Of a stretch of 64,000 nt of DNA, positions 28,208-37,603 are shown piece after piece; the first letter of the stretch is position 1; every line of letters starts with the position of its first letter. The position numbers and the translations under genes were made by a program. The stretch comes from an uncultured Christensenella sp. GTDB lineage: Bacteria; Bacillota; Clostridia; Christensenellales; Pumilibacteraceae. The notes beneath the pieces are model-generated. The model had not been told where the DNA came from and did not search any database. It saw only the letters and a list, made by a program, of their open reading frames with translations. The DNA is taken from positions 15,408 through 79,407 of the forward strand of contig CATLGX010000001.1 in assembly GCA_949948785.1 (NCBI GenBank). Reading direction: 5' to 3'.

Positions 28208-28983
28208 AAAAACGGCGTGCGAATAAGACTGTTGTAATAACGGGCTGTACGAGCGGTATCGGCAAAGCGCTCTGCGAACTGTACCGCGCATCGGGCGATA
28301 CGGTAATCGGCATGGCGCGAACGGCGGACGGCGCCGACGTTTCGGTAGACGTTACGGACTCGTCCGCGCTCCGCGAAGCAGTCCGTTCCGTCGGAGAAAA
28401 GTACGGGCGCATCGATACGGTAATTGCGTGCGCGGGCGGTGGACTGTCGGGCGCAACCGAGCTTTTGCCGCTCGAAGAAATACAAAAGCAAATCGACCTC
28501 AATTTTACGGGCGCGCTCGAAACGGTGCGCGCCGCGCTCGAATACATGGATAAGGGCGGCACGGCGGTTTTCATATCGTCGGCGTGCGCTCTTTTCGCTT
28601 TGCCGTACCGCGCGACGTATTGCGCGAGCAAGGCGGCAGTCAATATGGCGGCGTTCGGACTTTATATGGAACTCAAAAAGTCGGGAATACGCGTAACTTC
28701 AATCTGTCCGGGCGACATAAAAACGGGATTTACCGCGAACAGGGTCAAGTATTCCGACGGCGGAACTCGGTACGGAAACGCGCCCAAGGCGTCGGCAGAC
28801 AAAATAGACGGAAGAGAGAATAAGCGCATGGCGCTTGCGCCTGCGGCAAAGCGCATATATAAGTATTGCGAAAAGTGCCGTAAACCGTTGTATATCGTCG
28901 GAGCGAAATACAGGTTTTTGAATTTTCTGCGACACGTTTTGCCGCAAAAGCTGTTTCTCGACGTAACTGCGAAGTTGTTTTAA
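28204..28983 (+). CDS. SDR family NAD(P)-dependent oxidoreductase
   Basis: TGCTSGIG and YCASK (YxxxK). Confidence 0.9.
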   Translation: MKKRRANKTVVITGCTSGIGKALCELYRASGDTVIGMARTADGADVSVDVTDSSALREAVRSVGEKYGRIDTVIACAGGGLSGATELLPLEEIQKQIDLNFTGALETVRAALEYMDKGGTAVFISSACALFALPYRATYCASKAAVNMAAFGLYMELKKSGIRVTSICPGDIKTGFTANRVKYSDGGTRYGNAPKASADKIDGRENKRMALAPAAKRIYKYCEKCRKPLYIVGAKYRFLNFLRHVLPQKLFLDVTAKLF

Positions 28984-28994
28984 TCGGAGGACTT

Positions 28995-30539
28995 ATGATA
29001 AAAGTTTACGGCGACACTTATTATATGACTATGGGCGAAGCGTGCTATATCGCAGGCGGAAGCGGATTGGAACATATAGCGTTCGGAGCGCGCATCGAGC
29101 CTGAGGACGACGCTCTGTCTCTGGGCGGCGCGGCGGCGCGCGGTTTCAAAGAAATCGAGATAAACGACATCGCGCTCGAACGCGGCGGCGAATGCGTAAC
29201 TCCGCGGTTTGCGCCCGTGTGCGCGGAACTTGTAGACAAGCCTGCGCTTGATGCGCTTCCCGTGCTTCGCGGCGGCAGAACCCTCGAAATTACGCTGTGC
29301 GACAGCGACGAGGGCTTGGAACTCAAACTGTATTATACGCCGTATATTCGCGGCGGCATGGCGCGTCGCGCCGTACTCAAAAATCTGTCCGAAATTCCGA
29401 TAAAAGTAAAAAGACTGTTGCTCGGCGTCTGTACCGGCGGCGGCGAACGCGTTGCCTGTGCCGACGGGCTTACTGCGGTAAAAACAGCGGCGGGCGCGTA
29501 CGGCGCGTTCGCATTGTATGCCGGCAAGACCGAGACGGGGACTTCCGACGCAAGGATTGCGTGCGGCGCGAAAATAGATATGACGCTCTGCGCGGGCGAA
29601 TCGTATTATACGCCCGAAGTTTTGTTCGTATATTCCGATTGCGGCGTCGGCGGAGTCGTGCGCGCATATCACGACATATTGCGCGAGTTCGGCGTTCCCG
29701 AGAAAAAATTCGCAAAACGAATTCCCGTTGCGGTTTATTGCCCGACGGACAGCGGAGAGCTTACCCGCGAAGAGCGGATAAAGGCGATTGCCGACATGGG
29801 CGCGGACGTCGCAGTCATGGGCGCCGATGCGCAAGAAGACGTTTTGCGCGCGTATGCGGAAGAGATTAAAGACAGGGGACTGACGGTAGGTCTTAAAGCC
29901 GCAATCGGCTGTCCGAATATTTGCGAGAGAGCCGTTGCTATCGGAGCCGAATACGTCGAGCTCGACTGCGGCGGAATAAATACTTACGACGAGGCGGTAG
30001 CCGCTCATGCGCAGTATAAGAAACTGTGCGAGGCGCTTCCCGACGCTTATATCGAATTTTGCCGTGATAAAAAATACGTCGACGCGAAAACCGCGTTAAA
30101 GCAAACCGCATATTCGCCGGTGCCGCTTTGCGCGGTACGAAACGTCGTGCGCGGCGGAGCGTTGCCGCTTAAAACGGCGTTTGACGTATCGTCTTTCGGC
30201 GCGCTCGGGTACGAGTTCGACCCCGCGGCGCTTTCCGAGGGCGCGCGCCGCGCGGTGCGAGCGCAGATATTGAGCTACCGCGACGATGCGGAAACGATTA
30301 AATCGGGCGACGTGTACGACATAGGCGACGGCATTATGGCAATCGGAAAGGACAAATCGAGAGCGTATGCGGCGACGTCGGGCGCGGCGCGGTTCGACGG
30401 GCTGGACGTGCATAACCTCTACCATGTCCGCGAAGCGGGAAAAACTTTTTCGGGCGCGGCGCTCGCGCATTACGGGCTTCCCGCGGCGGGCGGCGATACC
30501 GTAACTTATCATATAGGTCAGGTGGCGGATTATGAATGA
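28995..30539 (+). CDS. Divergent, shortened GH36 alpha-galactosidase-like protein
   Basis: GH36 N-terminal-like segments (LPVLRGGRTLEITLCD, GESYYTPEV), GALGYEFD, and C-terminal FDGLD..NLY...FSGAALAHYGL. Catalytic-region motifs are poorly conserved. Confidence 0.6.
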   Translation: MIKVYGDTYYMTMGEACYIAGGSGLEHIAFGARIEPEDDALSLGGAAARGFKEIEINDIALERGGECVTPRFAPVCAELVDKPALDALPVLRGGRTLEITLCDSDEGLELKLYYTPYIRGGMARRAVLKNLSEIPIKVKRLLLGVCTGGGERVACADGLTAVKTAAGAYGAFALYAGKTETGTSDARIACGAKIDMTLCAGESYYTPEVLFVYSDCGVGGVVRAYHDILREFGVPEKKFAKRIPVAVYCPTDSGELTREERIKAIADMGADVAVMGADAQEDVLRAYAEEIKDRGLTVGLKAAIGCPNICERAVAIGAEYVELDCGGINTYDEAVAAHAQYKKLCEALPDAYIEFCRDKKYVDAKTALKQTAYSPVPLCAVRNVVRGGALPLKTAFDVSSFGALGYEFDPAALSEGARRAVRAQILSYRDDAETIKSGDVYDIGDGIMAIGKDKSRAYAATSGAARFDGLDVHNLYHVREAGKTFSGAALAHYGLPAAGGDTVTYHIGQVADYE

Positions 30540-31407
30540 CGGTCGCGCCGTAACGGTAAAAGCTGCGGCTACGAGCGCCAACCTCGGCGGCGGATTCGAT
30601 TGTTTGGGCGTCGCGCTCGGGCTGTATCACACCGTAGTCGCAAGGTTTTCGGATAAGTTCGAGATAATAAGCGACGCGGGTGCGCCGCTCGGGCGCAATA
30701 ACCTTGTGTACGTCGCAATGAACGAGGTGTTTAAAAAGTTCGGTAAAGCAGACGCCGCAGTAAGACTTGTGTCGAACAGCGAAATCCCGCGCGCGAGCGG
30801 GCTTGGCAGCAGCGCGGCGTGCGTCGTATGCGGCGCGGTCGCGGCTAACGCGCTTCTTGGCAATCCTCTTTCTCAATCGGAGATTACGGATATTGCGGCA
30901 AAGCTCGACGGTCATCCCGACAACGTTTTGCCGTCGATAACGGGCGGCGTAACGGCGGCGTATAAGGACGGAGACAATATCGGATATATTCGCGTCGATG
31001 CGCCGACCGATTTGGTGTTTGCCGTCGCAACTCCCGATTTCGGGCTGAAAACCGAAAAAGCGCGCGCCGTTCTTCCGCAAACGTATTCGCGCTCCGATTG
31101 CGTGTATTCGCTTTCTCGCGCAGTCGTTACGTTCGGCGCGCTCGCGCTCGGCAAGATAGATATGCTTAAAGCGACGGGCGACAGATTGCATCAGCCGTAC
31201 CGTGCGCCGCTTATAAAAGATTATGCGGAAGTCGTAAATGCGTTTGAAAACGCAGGCGCGGTCGGGAGCTGTCTGTCCGGCGCGGGTCCGTCCGTTCTCG
31301 CTTTCTTCAAAGACGAAAACGCGGCGAGGAAAACAGCCCTGCCGCGCGGCTGGACGCTTCGCGCGCTGAAAGCGGAAAATTCCCCCGTGCGCGTTTGCGT
31401 CGAGTAA
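30532..31407 (+). CDS. thrB: Homoserine kinase
   Basis: ATSANLGGGFDCLG, IPRASGLGSSAA, DGHPDNV, LHQPYR and LSGAGP. Confidence 0.95.
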   Translation: MNDGRAVTVKAAATSANLGGGFDCLGVALGLYHTVVARFSDKFEIISDAGAPLGRNNLVYVAMNEVFKKFGKADAAVRLVSNSEIPRASGLGSSAACVVCGAVAANALLGNPLSQSEITDIAAKLDGHPDNVLPSITGGVTAAYKDGDNIGYIRVDAPTDLVFAVATPDFGLKTEKARAVLPQTYSRSDCVYSLSRAVVTFGALALGKIDMLKATGDRLHQPYRAPLIKDYAEVVNAFENAGAVGSCLSGAGPSVLAFFKDENAARKTALPRGWTLRALKAENSPVRVCVE

Positions 31408-31425
31408 AGCAGGACTCGGATTACA

Positions 31426-32094
31426 CTAAACTGTTTCGAGAGAACAAAGCGTCGCGTGCAATTGCTCTTGCGCGGCGTTTTTCATTTCGGCATAATATGT
31501 GTAATTGCCGTACTCCCACACCGCAATCGTATTGCTTTGCAGCTCGGCATAGCGATAGTCGAAAAGCGGCGCGCTTTGTTCAATCGTCGCTCTGTCGAAT
31601 ATGTGTTTTTCATATTCGTAATCGGGGTCGATAACTATATCGACTGTAAAATTTTCGACGGTGTAAGTTACAAGCGCTGTCTTTTGCGTTCGACGGTATT
31701 TGTATTCGATGCATGTGAAATCGTCGCGCACGAGCGGTACGAGAACGTCGTAGCTTTGAGCGAGTGCGTCAAATGACAGAGGGGAGGAATATAATTGCGA
31801 TGGGGCGGGCGCGGACGAGTAATCCTTGTCGTCATTGTTAAACGCCATTGGAAGGATTACGGCAACCGCGATAACGGCGCATGCCGCAACTCCGCAAAGA
31901 CCGGCAACGGTTGCGTTTTTTGCACGCGATTTGCTATTGCGTGTTTTCTTGCGCTCGGAGTCGCGTTCCTCGAAGCGCGCACAAAGCGCGGGATATTTTT
32001 CCCGCAAAGAGTGAGGCGCGCTTTTCTCGTCGTCGACGTTCGCGGCGTCGAGAAATGCGAGCTTGTTTTTGATAAAGTCGTCTTGTCTTTTCAT
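31426..32094 (-). CDS. Putative anti-sigma factor (single TM)
   Basis: Overlaps the ECF sigma stop (ATGA); short cytoplasmic N-domain, one TM helix, extracytoplasmic domain. Confidence 0.65.
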   Translation of the reverse strand: MKRQDDFIKNKLAFLDAANVDDEKSAPHSLREKYPALCARFEERDSERKKTRNSKSRAKNATVAGLCGVAACAVIAVAVILPMAFNNDDKDYSSAPAPSQLYSSPLSFDALAQSYDVLVPLVRDDFTCIEYKYRRTQKTALVTYTVENFTVDIVIDPDYEYEKHIFDRATIEQSAPLFDYRYAELQSNTIAVWEYGNYTYYAEMKNAAQEQLHATLCSLETV

Positions 32095-32648
32095 GATTTC
32101 TTGCCGTTCATATAATTAGACGTTTTCGAGGGCGCGTTTTTTCGCTCGTTTTTGTAAAATGCGCAAAAGTTTTTCTTGGCTTTTTTGACGAGCGCCCACG
32201 CAGAGGTCGTCGAAACGCCGCACGCCGCCGCAATTTCCCGCAGGCGCAGGCCTTCGGCGTGCATGATGAGAGCGTGCGCTTCGCGCTCGTTCAAGCACGC
32301 CAAGCAGTCGGCAACGTCCGCCGCTTGCTCTATGTCGGGCGGGGCGCAGGCGGCGTTTTCGAGCGAACTTTCGAAAGGCACCGTGCGCGCGTTTTTTCGC
32401 AAAAAGTCTATCGCGTTGTGTTTGACAGTCGAAATGAGCCAGCCGTCGAGCGCGGCGGCGCTGCGTATGCGGTCGATATTGACGATGAGCTTTTCGTACG
32501 CATCGTACACCGCGTCCTCGGCGGCGGCTCGGTCTCGCGTGATTTTGAGCGCAATGCCGAAAAGCCGCCCGTCCTTGGCAGCGAGAAGTTCCCCGAACGC
32601 GGCATTATCGCCGTTTCGTATTCGCAACAGTAATTGCGTGTCGTCCAT
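32091..32648 (-). CDS. ECF-type RNA polymerase sigma factor
   Basis: GDNAAFGEL, AEDAVYDAY, WL..TVKHNAIDFLRK (region 2); LNERE...EGLRLREIAAACG (region 4). Confidence 0.88.
   Translation of the reverse strand: MDDTQLLLRIRNGDNAAFGELLAAKDGRLFGIALKITRDRAAAEDAVYDAYEKLIVNIDRIRSAAALDGWLISTVKHNAIDFLRKNARTVPFESSLENAACAPPDIEQAADVADCLACLNEREAHALIMHAEGLRLREIAAACGVSTTSAWALVKKAKKNFCAFYKNERKNAPSKTSNYMNGKKS
32117..32143 (-). promoter_or_regulatory. Putative ECF promoter upstream of the anti-sigma gene
   Basis: Minus strand GAAAAAAcgcgccctcgaAAACGTCTA; same motif at 32733 and 34118. Confidence 0.55.
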
Positions 32649-32732
32649 TACTCATTAAAGTATAACACATTCGCCGCCCGTCGTTCAATATAAACGCATA
32701 AAAAATTTTTATTAAATTTTTTCAAAAACCCA

Positions 32733-32758
32733 GAAAAAATTCGCTTTTCAAACGTCTA
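32733..32758 (+). promoter_or_regulatory. Putative ECF promoter upstream of the radical SAM gene
   Basis: GAAAAAAttcgcttttcAAACGTCTA, 6 nt before ATG 32765. Confidence 0.6.
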
Positions 32759-32764
32759 TATATT

Positions 32765-34108
32765 ATGACCGAATGTAGGGTATTCGACAGGATATACAAA
32801 ATAGACAGCGACGGCACTGTAAACGGCGGAAAAACAGACAGAAGCGAGCAATATGTTTTTGCGCCGCAATTTATTCGGACGTTGACGATGTGTGTACACA
32901 TAAGTCCGACATGTAACCTTGCTTGCAAATACTGTTTTAAAATCGGCGGCGAAGTTCTCGCTTTTTCACAAATAAAGCAGTTTATCGATAATGTCGTGAG
33001 TATATATCCGCATGCCGACAGATACATTGTAGATATGTCGGGCGCGGGTGAGCCGCTCCTTCAAAAAGAACTGATATTCGGCATAGCCGAGTATTGCAAA
33101 ACTCTTAGCGACAGGTATTTACGCGAGTATTTACCGACTTTTGTTACCAACGGAACGCTGCTCGACGCGGAAACTGTGCGGCGACTGCAAGATGCCGGCA
33201 TTCTGTTCGGCGTGAGTATAGACGGCACAAAACGAGCGCATGACCGAAACAGAGTTTTCCCAGACGGAAAGGGGAGCTACGATATTGTCGTAAAAAACAT
33301 AAAAAACATAGAGCATAATGATTTTGTCGGCGCGGCGGTAACATTTACGGACGGTCGGATTTTGCCGTTGTTTTTGAACGCGTTGTCTCTGTTGCCGACA
33401 GTGGCGATGAAGCCCGTGCGAAGCGCCGACGGAGAGATAAATGCCGATGATATTTGCGCGGGCTATGACGAGCTTGTAAAATTTATTCTCAATAAAACGC
33501 TCGGCGGCGATTTGAAATATCTGTTTGCTATTATAAACGGCGATGATTACTTCGGAAAATTTTTACGGCGCACGGCGCTGAATATTTCGGTGTACGGCAG
33601 GTGCGACGCGGGAATAGGGAGGTTTGCGCTTGCAAACGACGGTAAAATATACTGCTGTCCCGCCGCCGTAGGAATGTCGGAAGGCGTAATGGGCGACAGC
33701 GAAAACGGTATAAGACAGAGCAGAATACAGTCGATGTGGCTAAAACAAAAAAATGCCGTATGCGAAAAATGTTTCGCGCGTCCGTCATGCGGCGGCGAAT
33801 GTAAGATTGCGGCGTATAATCGCGGCGGAACGTTTGACTGTATAGACAGTGCGATGTGCAAGATAAAGCGCAGACTGCGTTTGCTTTCAATGTATTTCTG
33901 CGACGAGCTCAAAGAAAAATCGCCGCATATTTACGATATGTTTATTGATAAAGCGCATACCGTCGAAAACTATTATGCCCCCGATTGCAAATTGATACGG
34001 GCAGCCGAAAAATCGCGCGGAAAATATACGTTTACCGCCTTAAAGCGCATAAAAGACAAAACTCCCTCGGAGTTTGAAAAAATTTATAATGAAATTTGTA
34101 AAATTTAA
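32765..34108 (+). CDS. Radical SAM protein with SPASM domain (peptide/protein-modifying subclass)
   Basis: CNLACKYC (CxxxCxxC), GEPLL, TNGTLL, SIDG....HD.NR...G.GSYD; SPASM CDAG...DG.IYCC...CEKCFARPSCGGEC...C. Confidence 0.9.
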   Translation: MTECRVFDRIYKIDSDGTVNGGKTDRSEQYVFAPQFIRTLTMCVHISPTCNLACKYCFKIGGEVLAFSQIKQFIDNVVSIYPHADRYIVDMSGAGEPLLQKELIFGIAEYCKTLSDRYLREYLPTFVTNGTLLDAETVRRLQDAGILFGVSIDGTKRAHDRNRVFPDGKGSYDIVVKNIKNIEHNDFVGAAVTFTDGRILPLFLNALSLLPTVAMKPVRSADGEINADDICAGYDELVKFILNKTLGGDLKYLFAIINGDDYFGKFLRRTALNISVYGRCDAGIGRFALANDGKIYCCPAAVGMSEGVMGDSENGIRQSRIQSMWLKQKNAVCEKCFARPSCGGECKIAAYNRGGTFDCIDSAMCKIKRRLRLLSMYFCDELKEKSPHIYDMFIDKAHTVENYYAPDCKLIRAAEKSRGKYTFTALKRIKDKTPSEFEKIYNEICKI

Positions 34109-34117
34109 GTTTTTCCC

Positions 34118-34144
34118 GAAAAAACGGACGCTGAAAAACGTCTA
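34118..34144 (+). promoter_or_regulatory. Putative ECF promoter upstream of the protease gene
   Basis: GAAAAAAcggacgctgaaAAACGTCTA, then AAGGTGG RBS and GTG start. Confidence 0.6.
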
Positions 34145-34166
34145 ATAAATAAAAGGTGGTAAAGCC

Positions 34167-35612
34167 GTGAAAAGTAAAACTATAAGAAATATCGTATTGC
34201 TGTCCGCACTGTGCGCGACCGTAACGCCGCTATCGTTGGCGCTGCCGCAAGAGGCGGCGGAAGCAAGAGCCGAAAACGCAGTGCGCGCGGATGTGCAAAT
34301 GTCGGACATGGCGACGGCGCTTAAAAACCTGCCCGAAACCGTCGACGCAAAGATTAAAACCAAGGTGTACGGCAGAGTCGGCGCGATTGCGCAAAAATCG
34401 GATAAGATTATTTCGGGCTACAATAAAACGATTGCGGCGGACTCCGCGCATAATGCCGCAGAAAAGTCTCGGGCGAAAAGCGTGGAATATACCGCACCCG
34501 TGTATATAGCGGAAGACAAGAGCTACGGTGCGTATATAGACTTCGACGGCGATAACGGCTATGCGGTAGTTAGTTCTGACAACAAAGTTCACAGAATGGA
34601 AACGAGCGGCGACCCCGAGGTTTTGCGCGACAGCGGCGTCTCACTATATTACAGTTATAATATCGGCGCGCTTATGTACAAGGTCGACGGCGAAATCGCA
34701 GTGTATGAAAATTCGAGCGAAAGCGAAAATCACGAGACAGACGATACGATAGTAAAACAACCGGCGCCATATCCCGGACAGGATAAGGGCGGAGACGGCA
34801 CGATTGAAAACCTCGATGTATATGTTAAAGCGCGTTATGCTTTTGATTCAAAGGGCGGCAGTTCTACTTTTTTACCGCGAGATTATCCGCGAACAATTCA
34901 GTGGCAAACGTCTTATTATTATGAACAGGAGCAATCCGACGAACATAATGACTTTGGAGAAGGAAATTGTTCGTTAAATGCTATGTATAACGTATTGGAT
35001 TGTTGGAGTTATAGAGGTATTATTAAGTTTTCATGTAAAGAGACTTTTGATTTATCAAAGACAATTGAGAAAGATGTTTTATATAAATACTACTCGAATA
35101 GCAAAGTATATACGCAAGAAGTTGATGGGGTAGTGAGAAAATACAGATGGAAAGTAAATATAGAACCAGACGATAACAATATATTTAAGGAGAAGCAAGT
35201 GCCGATTGTGTATAATGAAATACGAAATTATGCCATAGGTAAGGGATATACGGTTGACGGATATAACAAATCTAATGTGCAGCCTACGTTAAAATATGTT
35301 GCCAATACTTTACACGGAGAAAAACTCACTATAAAAACATCAACCAATGAGGATATGTTAAGATATAATCTCGGGTATAAGACCGCCTGTTACATGTCGA
35401 TGGCGGGAAGTTCCACTTACGAAAACCATGGCGTAGCGGTAACCGGTTATCATTCATATGCGTACGAGTATATTGATGACGGATTTACCTGGTGCGATTA
35501 TAGATATTTTTATGAGATATCCGATGGCTGGAGCAGTAAGCCCAGATATTTCGACCCCAATGCGTCGAACGCCGAGTTGTTCTTTGTATATCCCGAAGTT
35601 GCGAGGTGTTAA
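34167..35612 (+). CDS. Secreted putative papain-fold cysteine protease (C10/C39-like) with probable prodomain
   Basis: Sec signal peptide; YIDFDGDNGYAVVSSD resembles the C10 prodomain motif; GNCSLNA (Cys), HGVAVTGY (His) and ISDGW (Asp) in papain-like order. Confidence 0.65.
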   Translation: MKSKTIRNIVLLSALCATVTPLSLALPQEAAEARAENAVRADVQMSDMATALKNLPETVDAKIKTKVYGRVGAIAQKSDKIISGYNKTIAADSAHNAAEKSRAKSVEYTAPVYIAEDKSYGAYIDFDGDNGYAVVSSDNKVHRMETSGDPEVLRDSGVSLYYSYNIGALMYKVDGEIAVYENSSESENHETDDTIVKQPAPYPGQDKGGDGTIENLDVYVKARYAFDSKGGSSTFLPRDYPRTIQWQTSYYYEQEQSDEHNDFGEGNCSLNAMYNVLDCWSYRGIIKFSCKETFDLSKTIEKDVLYKYYSNSKVYTQEVDGVVRKYRWKVNIEPDDNNIFKEKQVPIVYNEIRNYAIGKGYTVDGYNKSNVQPTLKYVANTLHGEKLTIKTSTNEDMLRYNLGYKTACYMSMAGSSTYENHGVAVTGYHSYAYEYIDDGFTWCDYRYFYEISDGWSSKPRYFDPNASNAELFFVYPEVARC

Positions 35613-35614
35613 AT

Positions 35615-36238
35615 ATGAAAAAAATTATTTGTGCCGTTATTGCGGCAATGCTGTCAATGTTATGCTTTGGATGCGGTGAAACAGAACAAGTTCAGAGTAA
35701 ACCGCAGAGGATTTATCATATCGTAGATGCATGTGCGGCATTATATGATAACGGTAATGTCGTCGGCGGCTATCACTTGCATTTTGATATGAAAAAGACT
35801 CCGCGAATTACTCTCGAAGTCGGTAAGATATATGATATTCGAGTATGGGGACATGAATATTTAGGCGGAATAGATGAAATAAAAAAGTTTACTAACGGGC
35901 GTAAACACGGGTTCGACCCCGATGTTGATATAATGCACAGTCCTTTTGAGAGTAAAGCGAGACGGAAAGAGAATTGTATGCACTTTGAATATGACGACGA
36001 TGTTATGACTATCGGTTCGCAGCCTGTGTCATATGAAATTCTCAAAAAAGACTCCGTCTCCGGGGAAGAGAGCGCATCATCCATAGAAACGTGGGACGAA
36101 TACAATCTAATGGGTTTGAAGCCTGGTGAAGTCGAGTTTATAATTCGTACGAAGGGGGTGTATCGCAGTGATGCTTATAATCCGATTTGCGAAATAACAA
36201 TGAAGCTTGAATTTGTAAAAGCAGAGGAACATTTATAG
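35615..36238 (+). CDS. Lipoprotein, tandem paralogue 1
   Basis: LCFGC lipobox; shared VGGY..., PRI.LEVGK.Y.I, FEYD and EY...GL..GE..F blocks. Confidence 0.75.
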   Translation: MKKIICAVIAAMLSMLCFGCGETEQVQSKPQRIYHIVDACAALYDNGNVVGGYHLHFDMKKTPRITLEVGKIYDIRVWGHEYLGGIDEIKKFTNGRKHGFDPDVDIMHSPFESKARRKENCMHFEYDDDVMTIGSQPVSYEILKKDSVSGEESASSIETWDEYNLMGLKPGEVEFIIRTKGVYRSDAYNPICEITMKLEFVKAEEHL

Positions 36239-36261
36239 TAACCCGCCGAAAATTCAATGGG

Positions 36262-36358
36262 AACAAGCGAGGTGTTAATTATGAAAAAGATTATTTGCGC
36301 CGTTGTTGCGGCGATGTTGTCAATATTATGCGTCGGGTGCGGAGACTCGAAATCCGAT
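36262..36358 (+). repeat. 97-bp direct repeat (RBS plus signal peptide), second copy at 38194-38290
   Basis: 92/97 identical by manual comparison. Confidence 0.85.
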
Positions 36359-36970
36359 TTTATCGACGGGCGTGCGTATATGTGGAGCGTAGCATTACTG
36401 GGCTTTGAGAACAATAATCAATTTGTCGGGGGATATAACGGGCATTTCGATTGCGATAGAACGCCGAGAATCGAACTCGAAGTCGGCAAAGAATATCGTA
36501 TTTTCTTTTGGTATAATTCATACCCTACAAAACACCCTTTTAGTCTCGAAAACCATAAGGACGGGTTCGATATCGAGTTGGATTATTTCCCCGGTGCAAA
36601 CTTAAATCAACCGCAACCCGAACCGCGGTTTGAGCTTGTAAGGTATATCAATTTATCGAAAACGCATACACTCGGTTTTGACATCGACAGCGACATTGCG
36701 TCGATAAAACAGTCAACCGCGCGTCGCAATGATGAACAAAATATCCCCGATAAAAATCGTTCCGACTCTGTCAGAGAGGGGTCTTCTGTTGTAAACGAAT
36801 GGAACGAATACAGTATTACGGGACTTTGCGAGGGCGAAGTCGATTTCAGACTGATTGCGGTCGGCAAAGACAAATACTTTCGCCCCAACGATAGGGATTA
36901 TGTCTTTCGCTTTAACATTACATTGGTTTTCACATCGCCTGAACCCGCGCAACTTTCCGCTGGAGAATAA
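36281..36970 (+). CDS. Lipoprotein, tandem paralogue 2
   Basis: LCVGC lipobox; GAGGTG RBS; same conserved blocks. Confidence 0.75.
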   Translation: MKKIICAVVAAMLSILCVGCGDSKSDFIDGRAYMWSVALLGFENNNQFVGGYNGHFDCDRTPRIELEVGKEYRIFFWYNSYPTKHPFSLENHKDGFDIELDYFPGANLNQPQPEPRFELVRYINLSKTHTLGFDIDSDIASIKQSTARRNDEQNIPDKNRSDSVREGSSVVNEWNEYSITGLCEGEVDFRLIAVGKDKYFRPNDRDYVFRFNITLVFTSPEPAQLSAGE

Positions 36971-36973
36971 AAT

Positions 36974-37585
36974 ATGAAAAAAGCAGTTTGTTTTATTGCG
37001 TCTGCTCTATTATCGGCGTTATGCTTTGGATGCGGTGAAACGCCGAATTATCCCCGCCCCGGCGGGGTGCCTTTTTTCCGTATTTATCTTTTAGGTATAG
37101 AGAACGACGTCAATGACGGAGAAGGGTTTGTAGGCGTCTATCACTCCTGTATTAATGAAGAAATTATTCCGCGAGTAAAGCTCAATATAGAGAAAGAGTA
37201 CAGAATATGTACCGGATATTATTATGAACATGGGGACAAGGAAAGCTTCAGCGAATGGCTCAAAAGCGATAATAGCTATTGGTATGAAATAGAATGTGAT
37301 ATAGAAAGATACGTCAGCCCCGATATGGAGCAGGGCGGTTACGCCGTAGAGTTTGAATATGACGAAAGTATTATGACAATAAAAACCGAGACCAAGACAA
37401 GGTTGGATGTGCGTCCCGACGGGTACAGTAAGGAGATAAGTTGGAACGAGTACAAGATAGTGGGACTGCGTGAGGGAAACACGCAATTTATAGTAAAACA
37501 AGAGTGCAGTACGGGTTACAATGCACGGGGAACCTACACCTATAATATGACATTGGTCTTTACCTCCGACAGCAGCCCCGAGTAA
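36974..37585 (+). CDS. Lipoprotein, tandem paralogue 3
   Basis: LCFGC lipobox; same blocks; ends YTYNMTLVFTSD. Confidence 0.75.
   Translation: MKKAVCFIASALLSALCFGCGETPNYPRPGGVPFFRIYLLGIENDVNDGEGFVGVYHSCINEEIIPRVKLNIEKEYRICTGYYYEHGDKESFSEWLKSDNSYWYEIECDIERYVSPDMEQGGYAVEFEYDESIMTIKTETKTRLDVRPDGYSKEISWNEYKIVGLREGNTQFIVKQECSTGYNARGTYTYNMTLVFTSDSSPE
37535..37570 (+). repeat. 36-bp direct repeat (3' ends of paralogues 3 and 4), second copy at 38144-38179
   Basis: TACACCTATAATATGACATTGGTCTTTAC(C/T)TCCGAC, 1 mismatch. Confidence 0.85.
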
Positions 37586-37603
37586 GCAAGCGAGGTGTTA
37601 AAT

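Noticed and set aside
32765-34108. Radical SAM gene as the missing NrdG activase
   Set aside because: At 447 aa with a SPASM domain it does not resemble the short glycyl-radical activases, and it belongs to a different transcription unit.
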